Positions 11,108 through 20,295 of a stretch of 64,000 bases of DNA are shown here, in pieces (position 1 is the stretch's first letter; each line of letters begins with the position of its first letter). The stretch is from the NCBI GenBank assembly GCA_050250895.1, contig JBFWNU010000001.1, positions 1,064,008 through 1,128,007 of the forward strand, given 5' to 3'. Origin of the DNA: Vulcanimicrobiota bacterium (GTDB lineage: Bacteria; Vulcanimicrobiota; Xenobia; Xenobiales; JADMJV01). The translations under genes were made by a program, and so were the position numbers. A model generated the notes under the pieces. The model saw only the letters and a program-made list of their open reading frames with translations, was not told the DNA's origin and made no database searches.

Positions 11108-11749
11108 TTACCGGGCCGATCGAAACGACTCCTGAAGGAAGGGGTTGCTCCGCATCTCTGCCTCGACCGTAGTCGCCGGTCCGTGCCCCGGATAAAGACG
11201 GCACCCTTTGCCCAAAGGCACGATCTTATCCCAAATCGAGCCCAAAAGTGTCTTCAAATCGCCGCCCGGAAGGTCGGTTCGGCCTATAGATCCCGCGAAA
11301 ATGACATCTCCAGAGAACGCCAGGCCCTCGGAAACCAGCGTCACCGAGCCCGGAGAGTGTCCGGGCGTATGCAGGATCTCAAACCAGAGGGTTCCGGCTT
11401 CGACCCGCTGGCCCGCCTCGAGGGTTCCGTCGATTCTGGGCACCGGCCCCGGTGGCAAGCCGAACATGGCGGCCTGCTGCGGCGCTGCTTGCGCCATCTG
11501 GTGGTCATCGGGATGCAAAAGCATCGGGACCTTCAGTTCTTGGTGCAGGTCTTCGGCAAAGGCCACGTGATCGATGTGGCCGTGCGTCAGCAAGATATAG
11601 TGGACTTTGAGTTTCTCTTGGCGAATCTCGGTCAGGAGACTGTCGATCTCGTCTCCCGGGTCGATCACCACCGCGTCTTTGGTGGCAGGGTCAAAGACCA
11701 GATAGGCGTTCATTTGAAATGGCCCGACGGGCCGTTGGCGTATTTCCAT
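11108..11749 (-). CDS. MBL-fold metallo-hydrolase (glyoxalase II/YcbL-like)
   Basis: THGHIDH, HTPGHSPG, FSGDVIF, PGHGP. Start trimmed to MEIRQRPVG at 11749 (GAGGTGG upstream), which removes the overlap with nfo. Confidence 0.9.
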   Translation of the reverse strand: MEIRQRPVGPFQMNAYLVFDPATKDAVVIDPGDEIDSLLTEIRQEKLKVHYILLTHGHIDHVAFAEDLHQELKVPMLLHPDDHQMAQAAPQQAAMFGLPPGPVPRIDGTLEAGQRVEAGTLWFEILHTPGHSPGSVTLVSEGLAFSGDVIFAGSIGRTDLPGGDLKTLLGSIWDKIVPLGKGCRLYPGHGPATTVEAEMRSNPFLQESFRSAR

Positions 11750-11819
11750 ACCCGCTTGTCCCACCTCGAGCTCGGGAAGTCCTGCAGGAGCGCGTGGTGC
11801 CGGTTCGGAAACGGCCGGC

Positions 11820-12656
11820 ATGTCAGGACCTCTGCTAGGCGCCCACGTGTCCACCGCCGGCGGCCACCACAAGTGCTTCGAGCGAGCCGCCGAGCTGGGC
11901 TGCGAAGCCCTGCAAATCTTCACGCGAGCGCCCGGTCGCTGGCAGGGTCCGGCCCTGACGGCCGGGGGCATCCAGCAATTTCACGAGCAACGCGCTCACT
12001 ACGGATCTCTGCCCGTCATCGCCCACGACATCTACCTTTCGAACCTGGCGGCGGCCGATGAGGTGATCCGCCAACGCTCGATCCAGTCGATGCTCACCGA
12101 GTTGGACCGTTGCCAGGCCCTTGGAATCGACGGCCTGGTCTGCCATATGGGCTCGCACAGTAACGAAGAGGAAGGTCTCAACCGTTACAGCCAGGCCATC
12201 TCCGAGATTCTGAGCAAAACGGAAGGCTGCCCCATCCTATTAGAAACCACGGCCGGACAAGGAACTTGCCTGGGGCATCGTCTCGAGCATCTGGCCCACG
12301 TCATCCAAGCCAATCAGGGACACCCGCGCCTGGGTGTCTGCCTCGACACCTGCCATGTCTTCGCAGCCGGCTACGACTTACGCGAGCCGGCTGCCTATGA
12401 GGCCTTCTGGTCAGAATTCGAAACCGTGGTCGGGCTCGACCGCCTGAAAGCCCTACACCTGAACGACTCCAAGAAGCCGTTGGCCAGCCGAGTCGACCGC
12501 CACGCCCACATCGGCCAGGGCGAAATTGGGGCCAACGCCTTTCGTCTGCTGGTCAATGACTCCCGCCTGAAAGGGCTGCCCATGCTGCTGGAAACGGCCG
12601 AAGCGGACGGCATGCATCGGGTCAACCTCGACCTGCTGAAAAGCTACAGAACCTAA
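11820..12656 (+). CDS. nfo: Endonuclease IV
   Basis: LGAHVSTAGG, LQIFTR, LLETTAGQG, CLDTCHVFAAGYD, HLNDSK, DRHAHIGQG. Confidence 0.95.
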   Translation: MSGPLLGAHVSTAGGHHKCFERAAELGCEALQIFTRAPGRWQGPALTAGGIQQFHEQRAHYGSLPVIAHDIYLSNLAAADEVIRQRSIQSMLTELDRCQALGIDGLVCHMGSHSNEEEGLNRYSQAISEILSKTEGCPILLETTAGQGTCLGHRLEHLAHVIQANQGHPRLGVCLDTCHVFAAGYDLREPAAYEAFWSEFETVVGLDRLKALHLNDSKKPLASRVDRHAHIGQGEIGANAFRLLVNDSRLKGLPMLLETAEADGMHRVNLDLLKSYRT

Positions 12657-13177
12657 CCCTTTTTGCGTCGTTTGCGCGATTTGGGGGCCCGTCCCTCGAG
12701 CACCTCTCGCAGCAGATCCAACAGTGAGCGGACGGCTCGCGTCGAATCCCCCGGCAAAAGACGCTCGAGGGCGTCAGCCGCCAGGGGTGTCACCTGGTCG
12801 CGAATCTCGGCCAACCGCTCGGCCGCGAAATCCGAGCGCGACTTCCAGCGGTGGTCGCGCGTATCCCAAAACGCATCCTCGGGGTCGTAGTAGAAGGGGG
12901 GCTGCAACTGGCCGAGCTTCTCCTTGAGAGAGGGCACGGTGAATCCCTGATCCACGATCATGGCCTTGATGAACCGCAGTTCTACCAGATCGTAGGTGGT
13001 GTAGCGCCGGCTGCGCCCATCCATCGGCAGTTCGGGATTGAGCAAGCCCTGACTTTCCCAGTATTGAATCATTCGAGTGGTGATCCCCAGGGCCCGGGCC
13101 GCGTCCGACTGGGAAAGATAGAGGAGGGCTCCCTCGAAAAGATCAAGTTGACGATCCTGTGGCATGCGACGAAGCAT
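12653..13177 (-). CDS. MerR-family transcriptional regulator
   Basis: AARALGITTRMIQYWESQGLLNP...RRYTTYDLVELRFIK MerR-type HTH. Confidence 0.85.
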   Translation of the reverse strand: MLRRMPQDRQLDLFEGALLYLSQSDAARALGITTRMIQYWESQGLLNPELPMDGRSRRYTTYDLVELRFIKAMIVDQGFTVPSLKEKLGQLQPPFYYDPEDAFWDTRDHRWKSRSDFAAERLAEIRDQVTPLAADALERLLPGDSTRAVRSLLDLLREVLEGRAPKSRKRRKKG

Positions 13178-13235
13178 CCCGGATCAGTTCGCCCATCACT
13201 CCGAAATTCTTCCAAATGGTCCCTTAGTTATCCCG

Positions 13236-13258
13236 TTATCCACAAAATTTGTGGATAA
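13236..13258. promoter_or_regulatory. Inverted pair of perfect DnaA boxes
   Basis: TTATCCACA (13236-13244) and TGTGGATAA (13250-13258), 5 bp apart. A degenerate TTATCCCGT lies just upstream. Confidence 0.8.
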
Positions 13259-13294
13259 GTTGCAAAACTTGTTTAAAATCGAACAGTAGTTGGC

Positions 13295-13323
13295 TTGACA
13301 GTTCTTCAAGGGGGAACTAGAAT
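13295..13323 (+). promoter_or_regulatory. Sigma70-type promoter
   Basis: TTGACA (13295-13300), 17-bp spacer, TAGAAT (13318-13323). Confidence 0.85.
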
Positions 13324-13329
13324 GAGGCT

Positions 13330-13470
13330 ATCGATGGAGTGAGTTCGACAAGACCAACTTCCCTACGCGACGGGAGTCCTCTGAATTAACTGGTCAAGTT
13401 CCTCAACCTGGTCGAACTACTGGTTCCTCCACGTGATTCGCTCCGCCCTCGAAAGGGGGCGTTTTTTTTT
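13330..13470 (+). ncRNA. Putative small non-coding RNA, family unknown
   Basis: Lies between the promoter and a + strand terminator, has no ORF, and shows nested pairings TGGAG/CTCCA, AGTTCGAC/GTCGAACT, GACCA/TGGTC, TCCC/GGGA. Confidence 0.65.
13444..13470 (+). terminator. Intrinsic terminator
   Basis: CGCCCTC-GAAA-GGGGGCG followed by T9 on the + strand. Confidence 0.9.
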
Positions 13471-13494
13471 GCCCAAATGACGCTGAGCGTCCGA

Positions 13495-15897
13495 CTATTG
13501 GCGCGAGCCTTTTTGGCGACGCAACAAAAGGGGAGCCGGGATGCGAGATACGCGCGGCGGAGGAGCCTCGGGGAAGTCGCTATCGGGAGGCACCGACGAC
13601 GGCGGCGGCTCGGCCGGCCGGCTCGGAGCACGGCGGGGCAGACTGCCAGGGCTGGCGGGGCTGGGGGGAGCGGCACTGGGAGTGAACGGTTCGAACTCGC
13701 TCTGACGCGAGAGGGAAGCCGGCGTAAACTCCTTGGCTTGACCGGCCATGTAGGCGGCCGGAGGTGGAGCCGCCGGCTCTGGCTCGACCTCGTTCTTGGC
13801 CAGCGGCCGCGGCTTGAACGTCGGTCCGGGCTTCGGGGGCGGAGCACCAAACACCCGACCCGAGGTGGGACGATCGGGAAACGGACCCGGCCGAGCCGCA
13901 GGGGGTTGCGAAGGAGCCTGACCAAAAGCGGAGGCTGCGGGGGTGGCCGGCGCGGCCGGAGAACTGGGAGCCACTGGCTCGAGAGACGTCGCGCGCCGCG
14001 GGAAAGCCCCTTCGGCAGTCTCGGCCGAAACCGTCGGGAAGACGCTGGGAGGGGGGGTCAGCGGAGCCACCGGCGCGCGGACGGGCGGTGCTGGCGGCGC
14101 CACCGGGATGGCCCGATCCGGCCGAATGCGGCTCGAAAACCGCAAGCAGCCGGCCCGATCGTGATGAAGCTCGAAGGCCACGTCGCCCTCACCCTGGACC
14201 AGCCATTCCAGGTGCAGTCGTTGCTGCTCGTCGACACCCTCGAACCAGACCGCATCCTGAGACCGGACCAGATGAGCCGTGCTCGAGCCGGCCAACTGAC
14301 CGACTCGCACCACCGCTTGACCCATCAACAAAGAGACATCATCAGCCGGGGCGACCCGAACCTCGAGCGGGGCCACACTGCCGTCCTGAAGCGCCCGGCG
14401 CGTTACCCAGGTCGAAAGAAACCCCTGATTCTCGAGTTCGACACGAATGCGGCGCAAAGGTTGACGGTCGGCTCCGCCCTCAGCCCCCCCGCCGGCGTTG
14501 CGAGCCCCAAAATTGGGAGATTCGTTGACGCGGACGGCCCGCCCGCCCTCGGTATAGCCCAGCACGGCATCGTCGACTCTATGAACGGCCAGTCGGGGAC
14601 AGGTCGCTGCCAGCGCCATCACCAGCTTGGCGTATTTGTCCATCTCGGCCTTGAGCAAAGGGCCCGGAGGTGGGTTCAACCAGGTATTGAGAACATCCCA
14701 ACCGCCGATTTCCACTGGCCCCAATTGAGGGTGTTCGAAAGGACGCCAGGCGGTGAAGCCGCGCCCTTCGCACTCGCGATCCAGCCAGCGCAACACGGTG
14801 ACATTTTCGATCTCGGAGCGTGAGCCGAGCAAGCGGCTGGGCTCACTGACGTCAAGGCCGGCCGCCCGGGGCAGGCACCAGAGTTGACAGCGAAACGCTA
14901 GCACTCCAGTGCTTTCGTAGATCCAATCCTGGAAACTGCCGTTGCGTCGCAACTCGGTGGCCCCTTCCGAAGCCGCCTGCTCGAAGCTATAGCCACTGAC
15001 TTCGGCCATTCTCGAGCCGAGCATCTCGTAGAGCTCGGCATCCTCCGCGGGCATGCTGCGAGCACCGGCCTGGGGCTGCAAAATCATGCCCCCGAACGTG
15101 TGGCAACTCAGGGCACAAAACAGATTGGGGTGGGTCCGGAAAAAGTCGGCGATGGCACGGGTCTCGGACTCGGAGAGAGGGAACGGTCCTCCACCTCGGT
15201 TCTCGACGTCGTGCTTCCACTGGAAGGGGAAGTTCTCGTCAAAATCGAGCCGAAAGCGGTCGGCAGCCAGCTGCACAGGGCCGCTCGCCCCCCCCTCGAT
15301 GTAGCCCTCGCGATACAGACGATAAAACGGGCCCTCCCGGTCGTCGGGAGCCCGGCGCACCAGCAGACGGGGGTCACGCTTGGACACCTTCCACTCGCCC
15401 AGTGGGTCCTGGATCCGCATCTGCCGGATCCAGCCGTCGCCATCCACGTCGGCCGGCACCAGCCCGCGTGGATTCTCTTCAAACGGATAGGGGCGAGTGG
15501 CCGAGCGAATCAACTCACCCCGGGTCAGGCAGCGTTCGGCCGCGTCGGGCGAGAGCCGAGGGCAGATGTAGAACGTGCAGTTATCGAGTAAATCGGTGAC
15601 GAACTCGTCGCGCCCATGGGCCGAGGCCAGCACTCTGAGCACTTCCAGGCACGCCATCGAACTGGCGAGCTCGGGGGCGTGGAGATTGCCATCCAGCCAG
15701 ATGGCCGGCTTCTCGAGACCCTCTCGAGTGCCCCGATTGGTGACCTCGGCCAGCAACAGGGGGCGACCCTCATAGGAAGAGCCGATCGTAAACAGACGAA
15801 CTAGATGAGGAACCGCCTGCTCGACAGCCCTCAGATACTCGGCCAGACCCTGGTAAGAGAGATACCGGTCGCTATCGAGGGGGGGTACGACAGGCAA
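13495..15897 (-). CDS. M14 zinc carboxypeptidase with long Pro/Ala-rich C-terminal tail
   Basis: IGSSYEGRPL, Zn motif GNLHAPE, PFPLSESETRAI, SCHTFGG, VEIGGW; about 190-aa low-complexity tail. Confidence 0.88.
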   Translation of the reverse strand: MPVVPPLDSDRYLSYQGLAEYLRAVEQAVPHLVRLFTIGSSYEGRPLLLAEVTNRGTREGLEKPAIWLDGNLHAPELASSMACLEVLRVLASAHGRDEFVTDLLDNCTFYICPRLSPDAAERCLTRGELIRSATRPYPFEENPRGLVPADVDGDGWIRQMRIQDPLGEWKVSKRDPRLLVRRAPDDREGPFYRLYREGYIEGGASGPVQLAADRFRLDFDENFPFQWKHDVENRGGGPFPLSESETRAIADFFRTHPNLFCALSCHTFGGMILQPQAGARSMPAEDAELYEMLGSRMAEVSGYSFEQAASEGATELRRNGSFQDWIYESTGVLAFRCQLWCLPRAAGLDVSEPSRLLGSRSEIENVTVLRWLDRECEGRGFTAWRPFEHPQLGPVEIGGWDVLNTWLNPPPGPLLKAEMDKYAKLVMALAATCPRLAVHRVDDAVLGYTEGGRAVRVNESPNFGARNAGGGAEGGADRQPLRRIRVELENQGFLSTWVTRRALQDGSVAPLEVRVAPADDVSLLMGQAVVRVGQLAGSSTAHLVRSQDAVWFEGVDEQQRLHLEWLVQGEGDVAFELHHDRAGCLRFSSRIRPDRAIPVAPPAPPVRAPVAPLTPPPSVFPTVSAETAEGAFPRRATSLEPVAPSSPAAPATPAASAFGQAPSQPPAARPGPFPDRPTSGRVFGAPPPKPGPTFKPRPLAKNEVEPEPAAPPPAAYMAGQAKEFTPASLSRQSEFEPFTPSAAPPSPASPGSLPRRAPSRPAEPPPSSVPPDSDFPEAPPPRVSRIPAPLLLRRQKGSRQ

Positions 15898-15900
15898 GGG

Positions 15901-16842
15901 CTAGCCGTCGGATTCTTGGGCGCTTTCCAGAGTCTGGTAAAAGGCCAAGGTGGTGTGCTGTATCTTTTGGGTCGCTAACATCAAAGCCATCCAACCCTGG
16001 TTGAGGTGCTCAGGATCCCCGTCGCTGGCGAACAATTGCATTTCGGCGAGGGCCTCTAGAGCCTGATCGAGGCTCTCAACCACTTCGTCTGCCTCTTCCA
16101 CTAGATTAGGAATCGACTCCAGCAAATCCTGGTGAGAACGGACCTGATCGTGAATCTGTTGACTGGCCTGGTTGAACCGATCGTTGAAAAAGTCGATGTG
16201 TCGCTGCCAATCCTCGAGTGCAATCTCGTCGGCCGCGACTTTATCGCAAGCCTCGTACAGGTCGACGTACTCTTTGGGGACCATGATCAGGTCGGAAGTA
16301 CCGCTCGTGTTGGCGCTGGCCGCGGCCGCCACCATGGTCTTGGGCAAAGTGGCGTTGCACTTGATACAGGCAGACAGGTTAGGCGTGTTGAGATGGCCGC
16401 ACATCAGGCATTCGACCATCTGCTCGCGTTGCTGGTGCTCGAGAAAGGCCTGATTAGCCTCCACCAGATTGAAGGTAGCCTCTTTGCAGACCTCGATGCC
16501 GTGACGAACCGAGGCCACATCGGCCTTCTCCATCTCGACCAATCCACCGCGAAACTCTTCGTAGGCGTCGTCGGCCTTCTCGGCCAGACCCCGCAATTCG
16601 GGGGTGAGCTCGGAATTCTGATAGTGGGAGCGGTGCTCGGCCAGTGCTTGCTCGAGCCTGTCGAGGGTCTGATAGACCTCGTCGAGGAATTCTTCTTGTT
16701 CGACTTTCTTATCGAGAAATCTCCGGGCTGTGCGAATCAAGATATTGACGTTCGGAGCCGCGGTTTCATCAGGATAAGCGTCCTCCTCGCCAACCTCATC
16801 GTCTCCCCAAGCCGAGACGATATTATCTAAGAAATCAGCCAT
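15901..16842 (-). CDS. Acidic helical hypothetical protein with central zinc ribbon
   Basis: CLMCGHLN...CIKCNATLP; coding-like composition; 3 bp from the downstream gene. Confidence 0.7.
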   Translation of the reverse strand: MADFLDNIVSAWGDDEVGEEDAYPDETAAPNVNILIRTARRFLDKKVEQEEFLDEVYQTLDRLEQALAEHRSHYQNSELTPELRGLAEKADDAYEEFRGGLVEMEKADVASVRHGIEVCKEATFNLVEANQAFLEHQQREQMVECLMCGHLNTPNLSACIKCNATLPKTMVAAAASANTSGTSDLIMVPKEYVDLYEACDKVAADEIALEDWQRHIDFFNDRFNQASQQIHDQVRSHQDLLESIPNLVEEADEVVESLDQALEALAEMQLFASDGDPEHLNQGWMALMLATQKIQHTTLAFYQTLESAQESDG

Positions 16843-16885
16843 CCAAGCTTCCGCCTTTCCGCTGCCGACTTCGCGTCAAGGCAGG

Positions 16886-18565
16886 CTAATCCTCCGAGAG
16901 AAAGCCGATGAAAGCATCGAGAGGATCGGCCTGCTGCCGTTTCATCTCGAGAATCAGAGTGGTGCCGTGTTCGCCTGTGGTCAGGTGCAGCCGATCGACG
17001 AGTTCGAGCAAGATGGAATAGCCCATTCCCAGAGAGGGAGCGGTGGAGTAGCCGGCCGTCAACACGGCGCTGGGCAGGTGAGCAAAGTCGATGCCCGGAC
17101 CGTCGTCCTCGACCAGGACCCGCAGACAGTCGGCGTTGCCGCGAATCTCGACGGCGCCGCGGTCGGCGTGCTTGACCACGTTGCCCACGGCTTCGGTGGC
17201 GCACAGGGCCATGTCGGCCACCCGATCTTCATTTAGCCCCTCGGCCGCGAGGGCCGCCTCGACCAGATGTCGCACCCGAGGCACGTCGGCCAACTCGGTG
17301 ACCTCGTGGCGCCCCAGCAACTCGCCGGCTGCCTCCCACACCTCACGCAACTCGGAAGGCTCGCAAAGGGCCAGCTTGCCCTGGGTCACGGCGCACAAAG
17401 CATCGCGATAGAAGCGCCTTCTCTCGGCCTCGGCCTGTAATTGTTGCTCGACGTGGCGCAAATTCTCGATCACCGTCACCAACTGGCTGGCGATGGAGAT
17501 CAACAGGGACACCACTTCCCGAGAGAAGTTACCCTCTTCGTGAGAAGCAAACCAGAGACTGCCCATGACCTCGCTGCCCGAACGCAGCGAGACAGCCGCA
17601 AAGCCGTGCCAGCCTTCAGCGTGAAAAGGATGCCCGGCGGGGACCTCGCGCCACACCCGAGCCTTCTTTTTGCCCGGCATGGGGCGGCACTCTTCGCTCA
17701 AGGTGGTCAGCAGCTCACCACCTGGCTCGACCCCACGACAAGCAGCCAGCTGCTGGTCCAAGAAGATGCCGCCAGCCGAAAGGTCGAGTAGCTCCATGGT
17801 GTGGCGCACCACCGTCCGCAGGGTCTTCTCCAAGCCGTGACACTGGCTGATGGCCGAGGCGATAGAGTACAAAGCGAACAGCTCTCGCCCTCTCTCCAAC
17901 TGAGAATCCTCGCGCCCCACTCCTCGGAACACGATGGAAGAGCCCAGTTGCTTGCCTTCGGAGTCAAAGCGAGGATTGGCATCGACCTCGACCAGTTGAC
18001 CGCTTCGCAGGCGAATGGGAAAGGGCACGACCACGCCGGCCATGTGCTGATGGCGCAGGGTGCGCAAACGGAACAGGTCATCCGAGTCGACGGCTTGCTC
18101 GAGCTTGGCTCCCACCACCTGCTCGCCCAGGGCCTGACGAAAGGTGGCGTTGGCCCAGCGAATCGTATCCGAAGCATCCACCTCGACCACTCCGTCGGCC
18201 ACCCGATTGAGCAACTTGCGATAGCGGTCGTAAGGTTCGCCCCCGCGTTCGTTGAGCTCCCACCAGTTGCCGGTGCGCTCGAACAGGCGAAAAGCAAACT
18301 TGTGGGTGCCGAAACGAACCCGCCCATAATAGAACAGGTCTTGATAAGCGAACAACACGGCGATCTCCAGGCCCGCCTGCTCAGCCTGGGCCAGCAACGG
18401 GTTGTCGCCTTCGGCCACCAGCAAGACGTCGACCGTCCCCAGCGCAAAGCCATCCGATCCAGTGACCAGCTGATGATGTCCGCCCACCCCCTCGAACGCG
18501 GTAATCACCTCGGCCGCTCTAGTCCGGGAATCTACCAGCAGAGTGCTCAGACTCTCGAGAGACAT
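16886..18565 (-). CDS. PAS-GAF sensor fused to RsbW/RsbT-type anti-sigma kinase (HATPase_c)
   Basis: PAS (VADGVVEVDASDTIRWAN), GAF (ELFALYSIASAIS...LLISIASQL), HATPase (EAVGNVVKHA, DDGPGID, GYSTAPSLGMG). Start trimmed to MSLESLS at 18565. Confidence 0.8.
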   Translation of the reverse strand: MSLESLSTLLVDSRTRAAEVITAFEGVGGHHQLVTGSDGFALGTVDVLLVAEGDNPLLAQAEQAGLEIAVLFAYQDLFYYGRVRFGTHKFAFRLFERTGNWWELNERGGEPYDRYRKLLNRVADGVVEVDASDTIRWANATFRQALGEQVVGAKLEQAVDSDDLFRLRTLRHQHMAGVVVPFPIRLRSGQLVEVDANPRFDSEGKQLGSSIVFRGVGREDSQLERGRELFALYSIASAISQCHGLEKTLRTVVRHTMELLDLSAGGIFLDQQLAACRGVEPGGELLTTLSEECRPMPGKKKARVWREVPAGHPFHAEGWHGFAAVSLRSGSEVMGSLWFASHEEGNFSREVVSLLISIASQLVTVIENLRHVEQQLQAEAERRRFYRDALCAVTQGKLALCEPSELREVWEAAGELLGRHEVTELADVPRVRHLVEAALAAEGLNEDRVADMALCATEAVGNVVKHADRGAVEIRGNADCLRVLVEDDGPGIDFAHLPSAVLTAGYSTAPSLGMGYSILLELVDRLHLTTGEHGTTLILEMKRQQADPLDAFIGFLSED

Positions 18566-18640
18566 TGAGCTAGCTTCGCAGCCGGCCCGATCCCTCCTCC
18601 ACAGGTCGTAGCCCGCTCCAGGTCGTAAACCTTCGGTAGC

Positions 18641-20014
18641 ATGTTTCCCAAGGATTTCCGGTGGGGTTCGGCGACGGCCGCCATCCAGATCGAGGGGGCC
18701 GCCTCGGCCGACCGCAAAGGACCCTCGGTTTGGGACACCTTCTGCCGAGTGCACCCCGAGCGTATCCATCAGCAAGCGACCCCCGAGATCGCCTGCGATC
18801 ACTATCACCGGTATGCCGACGATGTCCGCCTGATCGGGCAACTCGGTCACAATGCCTACCGATTCTCGATCAGCTGGCCGCGGGTGCTGCCCCAGGGTAG
18901 TGGCTGGGTCAACCCGGCCGGCCTCGACTTCTATGACAAACTGGTGGACGCTCTCTGCCAGACCGGTATCTCGCCCAACGCCACCCTCTATCACTGGGAT
19001 CTGCCCGAAGCCCTGGGCATCCTGGGGGGGTGGGAGAACCCCCGAACGGTAGACGCCTACCTGGAGTTTGCCGAGCTTTGCTTTGACCGCCTGGGCGACC
19101 GGGTCGACTACTGGTGCACCTTCAACGAGCCCGCCTGGAGTCTGCTCAACGGCTACATCACGGCCTTACACCCGCCCTGCCGCCATGATCCGGCGGCGGC
19201 GGTGCTGGCCTCGCACCACATCATGCTGGCCCACCACCTGGCCCACCACCTCTACACCGGCCCGGGCAAGGTCGGCATGGCCCTCAACCTCTCGCCGATC
19301 TATCCGGCCACCGACCAGAGCGACGATATTAAAGCGGCTCGCATCGCCGACGGCGTGCTCAACCGCTGGTTCCTGGAAGCGCTGGTCGAGGGGCGCTACC
19401 CCGACGAGGTGGTGGCCCACTACGACCGACGCGGCATCCTGCCGGCCGGTTACGCCACTTTGTCAGGCTCGCGCCCAGGCTTTATCGGCGTCAACTACTA
19501 CTATCCTCACCACGCTGTGGCCCCTCCCCAGCACAACGAGTTTCACCTCAACAACGACGGCAATCCAAACGATAAGTGCCGCTTCTCGCTGGCCGGCTGC
19601 TTTGCTTTCGTGGCCAACAACCGGGGCCGATTCACCGACTGGAATTGGGAAATCCATCCCGAGTCGCTCGAGAAACTCTTGCTCGACCTGCACGAACGCT
19701 GGCCCGGACTCGAATTACTGGTGACCGAGAACGGCCTCGGCCTGCCCGATGAACCCGGCCCCAACGGGGTCGACGACCAACCCCGCATCGATTTCGTGAG
19801 CGAACACCTGCGCGCCATCGCGGGGGCCCTCAAAGCCGGGGTCAAAGTCGGCGGCTACTACATGTGGTCACTGATGGACAACTTCTCATGGATCAACGGC
19901 TACAAGAAGCGCTACGGCTTTCTCTATGTAGACCGCGAGACCATGCAGCGCACCCCCAAAAAGAGCGCCGACTGGTATCGGCGCCTCATTCAAGAGAACC
20001 GCCTGCCGGGCTAG
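18641..20014 (+). CDS. GH1 beta-glucosidase
   Basis: FRWGSATAAIQIEG, YRFSISWPR, catalytic TFNEP and VTENG, WSLMDNFSW. Confidence 0.95.
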   Translation: MFPKDFRWGSATAAIQIEGAASADRKGPSVWDTFCRVHPERIHQQATPEIACDHYHRYADDVRLIGQLGHNAYRFSISWPRVLPQGSGWVNPAGLDFYDKLVDALCQTGISPNATLYHWDLPEALGILGGWENPRTVDAYLEFAELCFDRLGDRVDYWCTFNEPAWSLLNGYITALHPPCRHDPAAAVLASHHIMLAHHLAHHLYTGPGKVGMALNLSPIYPATDQSDDIKAARIADGVLNRWFLEALVEGRYPDEVVAHYDRRGILPAGYATLSGSRPGFIGVNYYYPHHAVAPPQHNEFHLNNDGNPNDKCRFSLAGCFAFVANNRGRFTDWNWEIHPESLEKLLLDLHERWPGLELLVTENGLGLPDEPGPNGVDDQPRIDFVSEHLRAIAGALKAGVKVGGYYMWSLMDNFSWINGYKKRYGFLYVDRETMQRTPKKSADWYRRLIQENRLPG

Positions 20015-20111
20015 AGCCCACGTTCACGAAAGATTCACAAGCTGTTTACGTCCCGGCAACAGTTTCGGGGCGTATCCATTCTTGAGCCGTCCTCGGGCGG
20101 CTATTCTTAGG

Positions 20112-20256
20112 GCACATAAAGCGGACACGACGACGACCCTCCTGCACAATCGAAGTCGTGTCCAGCCGCTAAGAGGAAATTGGCGTGGACTCTTACGGCG
20201 TTCATAGATGACCATACGGACCTCAATGACCCGCGAACCCCGCGGGTCATTTACTT
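20112..20256 (+). ncRNA. Putative structured RNA (two hairpins and a terminator-like hairpin)
   Basis: GGACACGAC/GTCGTGTCC (20123-20163), GCCG-c-TAAGAG/CTCTTA-CGGC (20165-20199), AATGACCCGCG/CGCGGGTCATT (20225-20251) followed by TACTT. Confidence 0.5.
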
Positions 20257-20295
20257 ATGCGCAGGGGAGTGACTCCACGCGTTGAAAAATTCTCA

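Noticed and set aside
13228-13290. Possible replication origin (oriC)
   Set aside because: Only two perfect boxes and one degenerate box, no dnaA/dnaN neighbours, and no clear DnaA-trio or extended AT-rich unwinding element. Kept as a regulatory site; GC skew would be needed to exclude oriC fully.
13280-13293. CGAAC-AGTA-GTTGG resembling a Gram-positive LexA box
   Set aside because: The right half-site is mismatched and I did not see a matching box upstream of nfo or the exonuclease.
13477-14823. 448-aa Arg/Gly-rich + strand ORF
   Set aside because: Antisense to the carboxypeptidase and its Pro-rich tail; composition typical of a GC-rich shadow ORF.
18566-18994. N-terminal extension of the 702-aa sensor ORF
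   Set aside because: Overlaps the divergent GH1 gene in antisense; the real start is more likely 18565.
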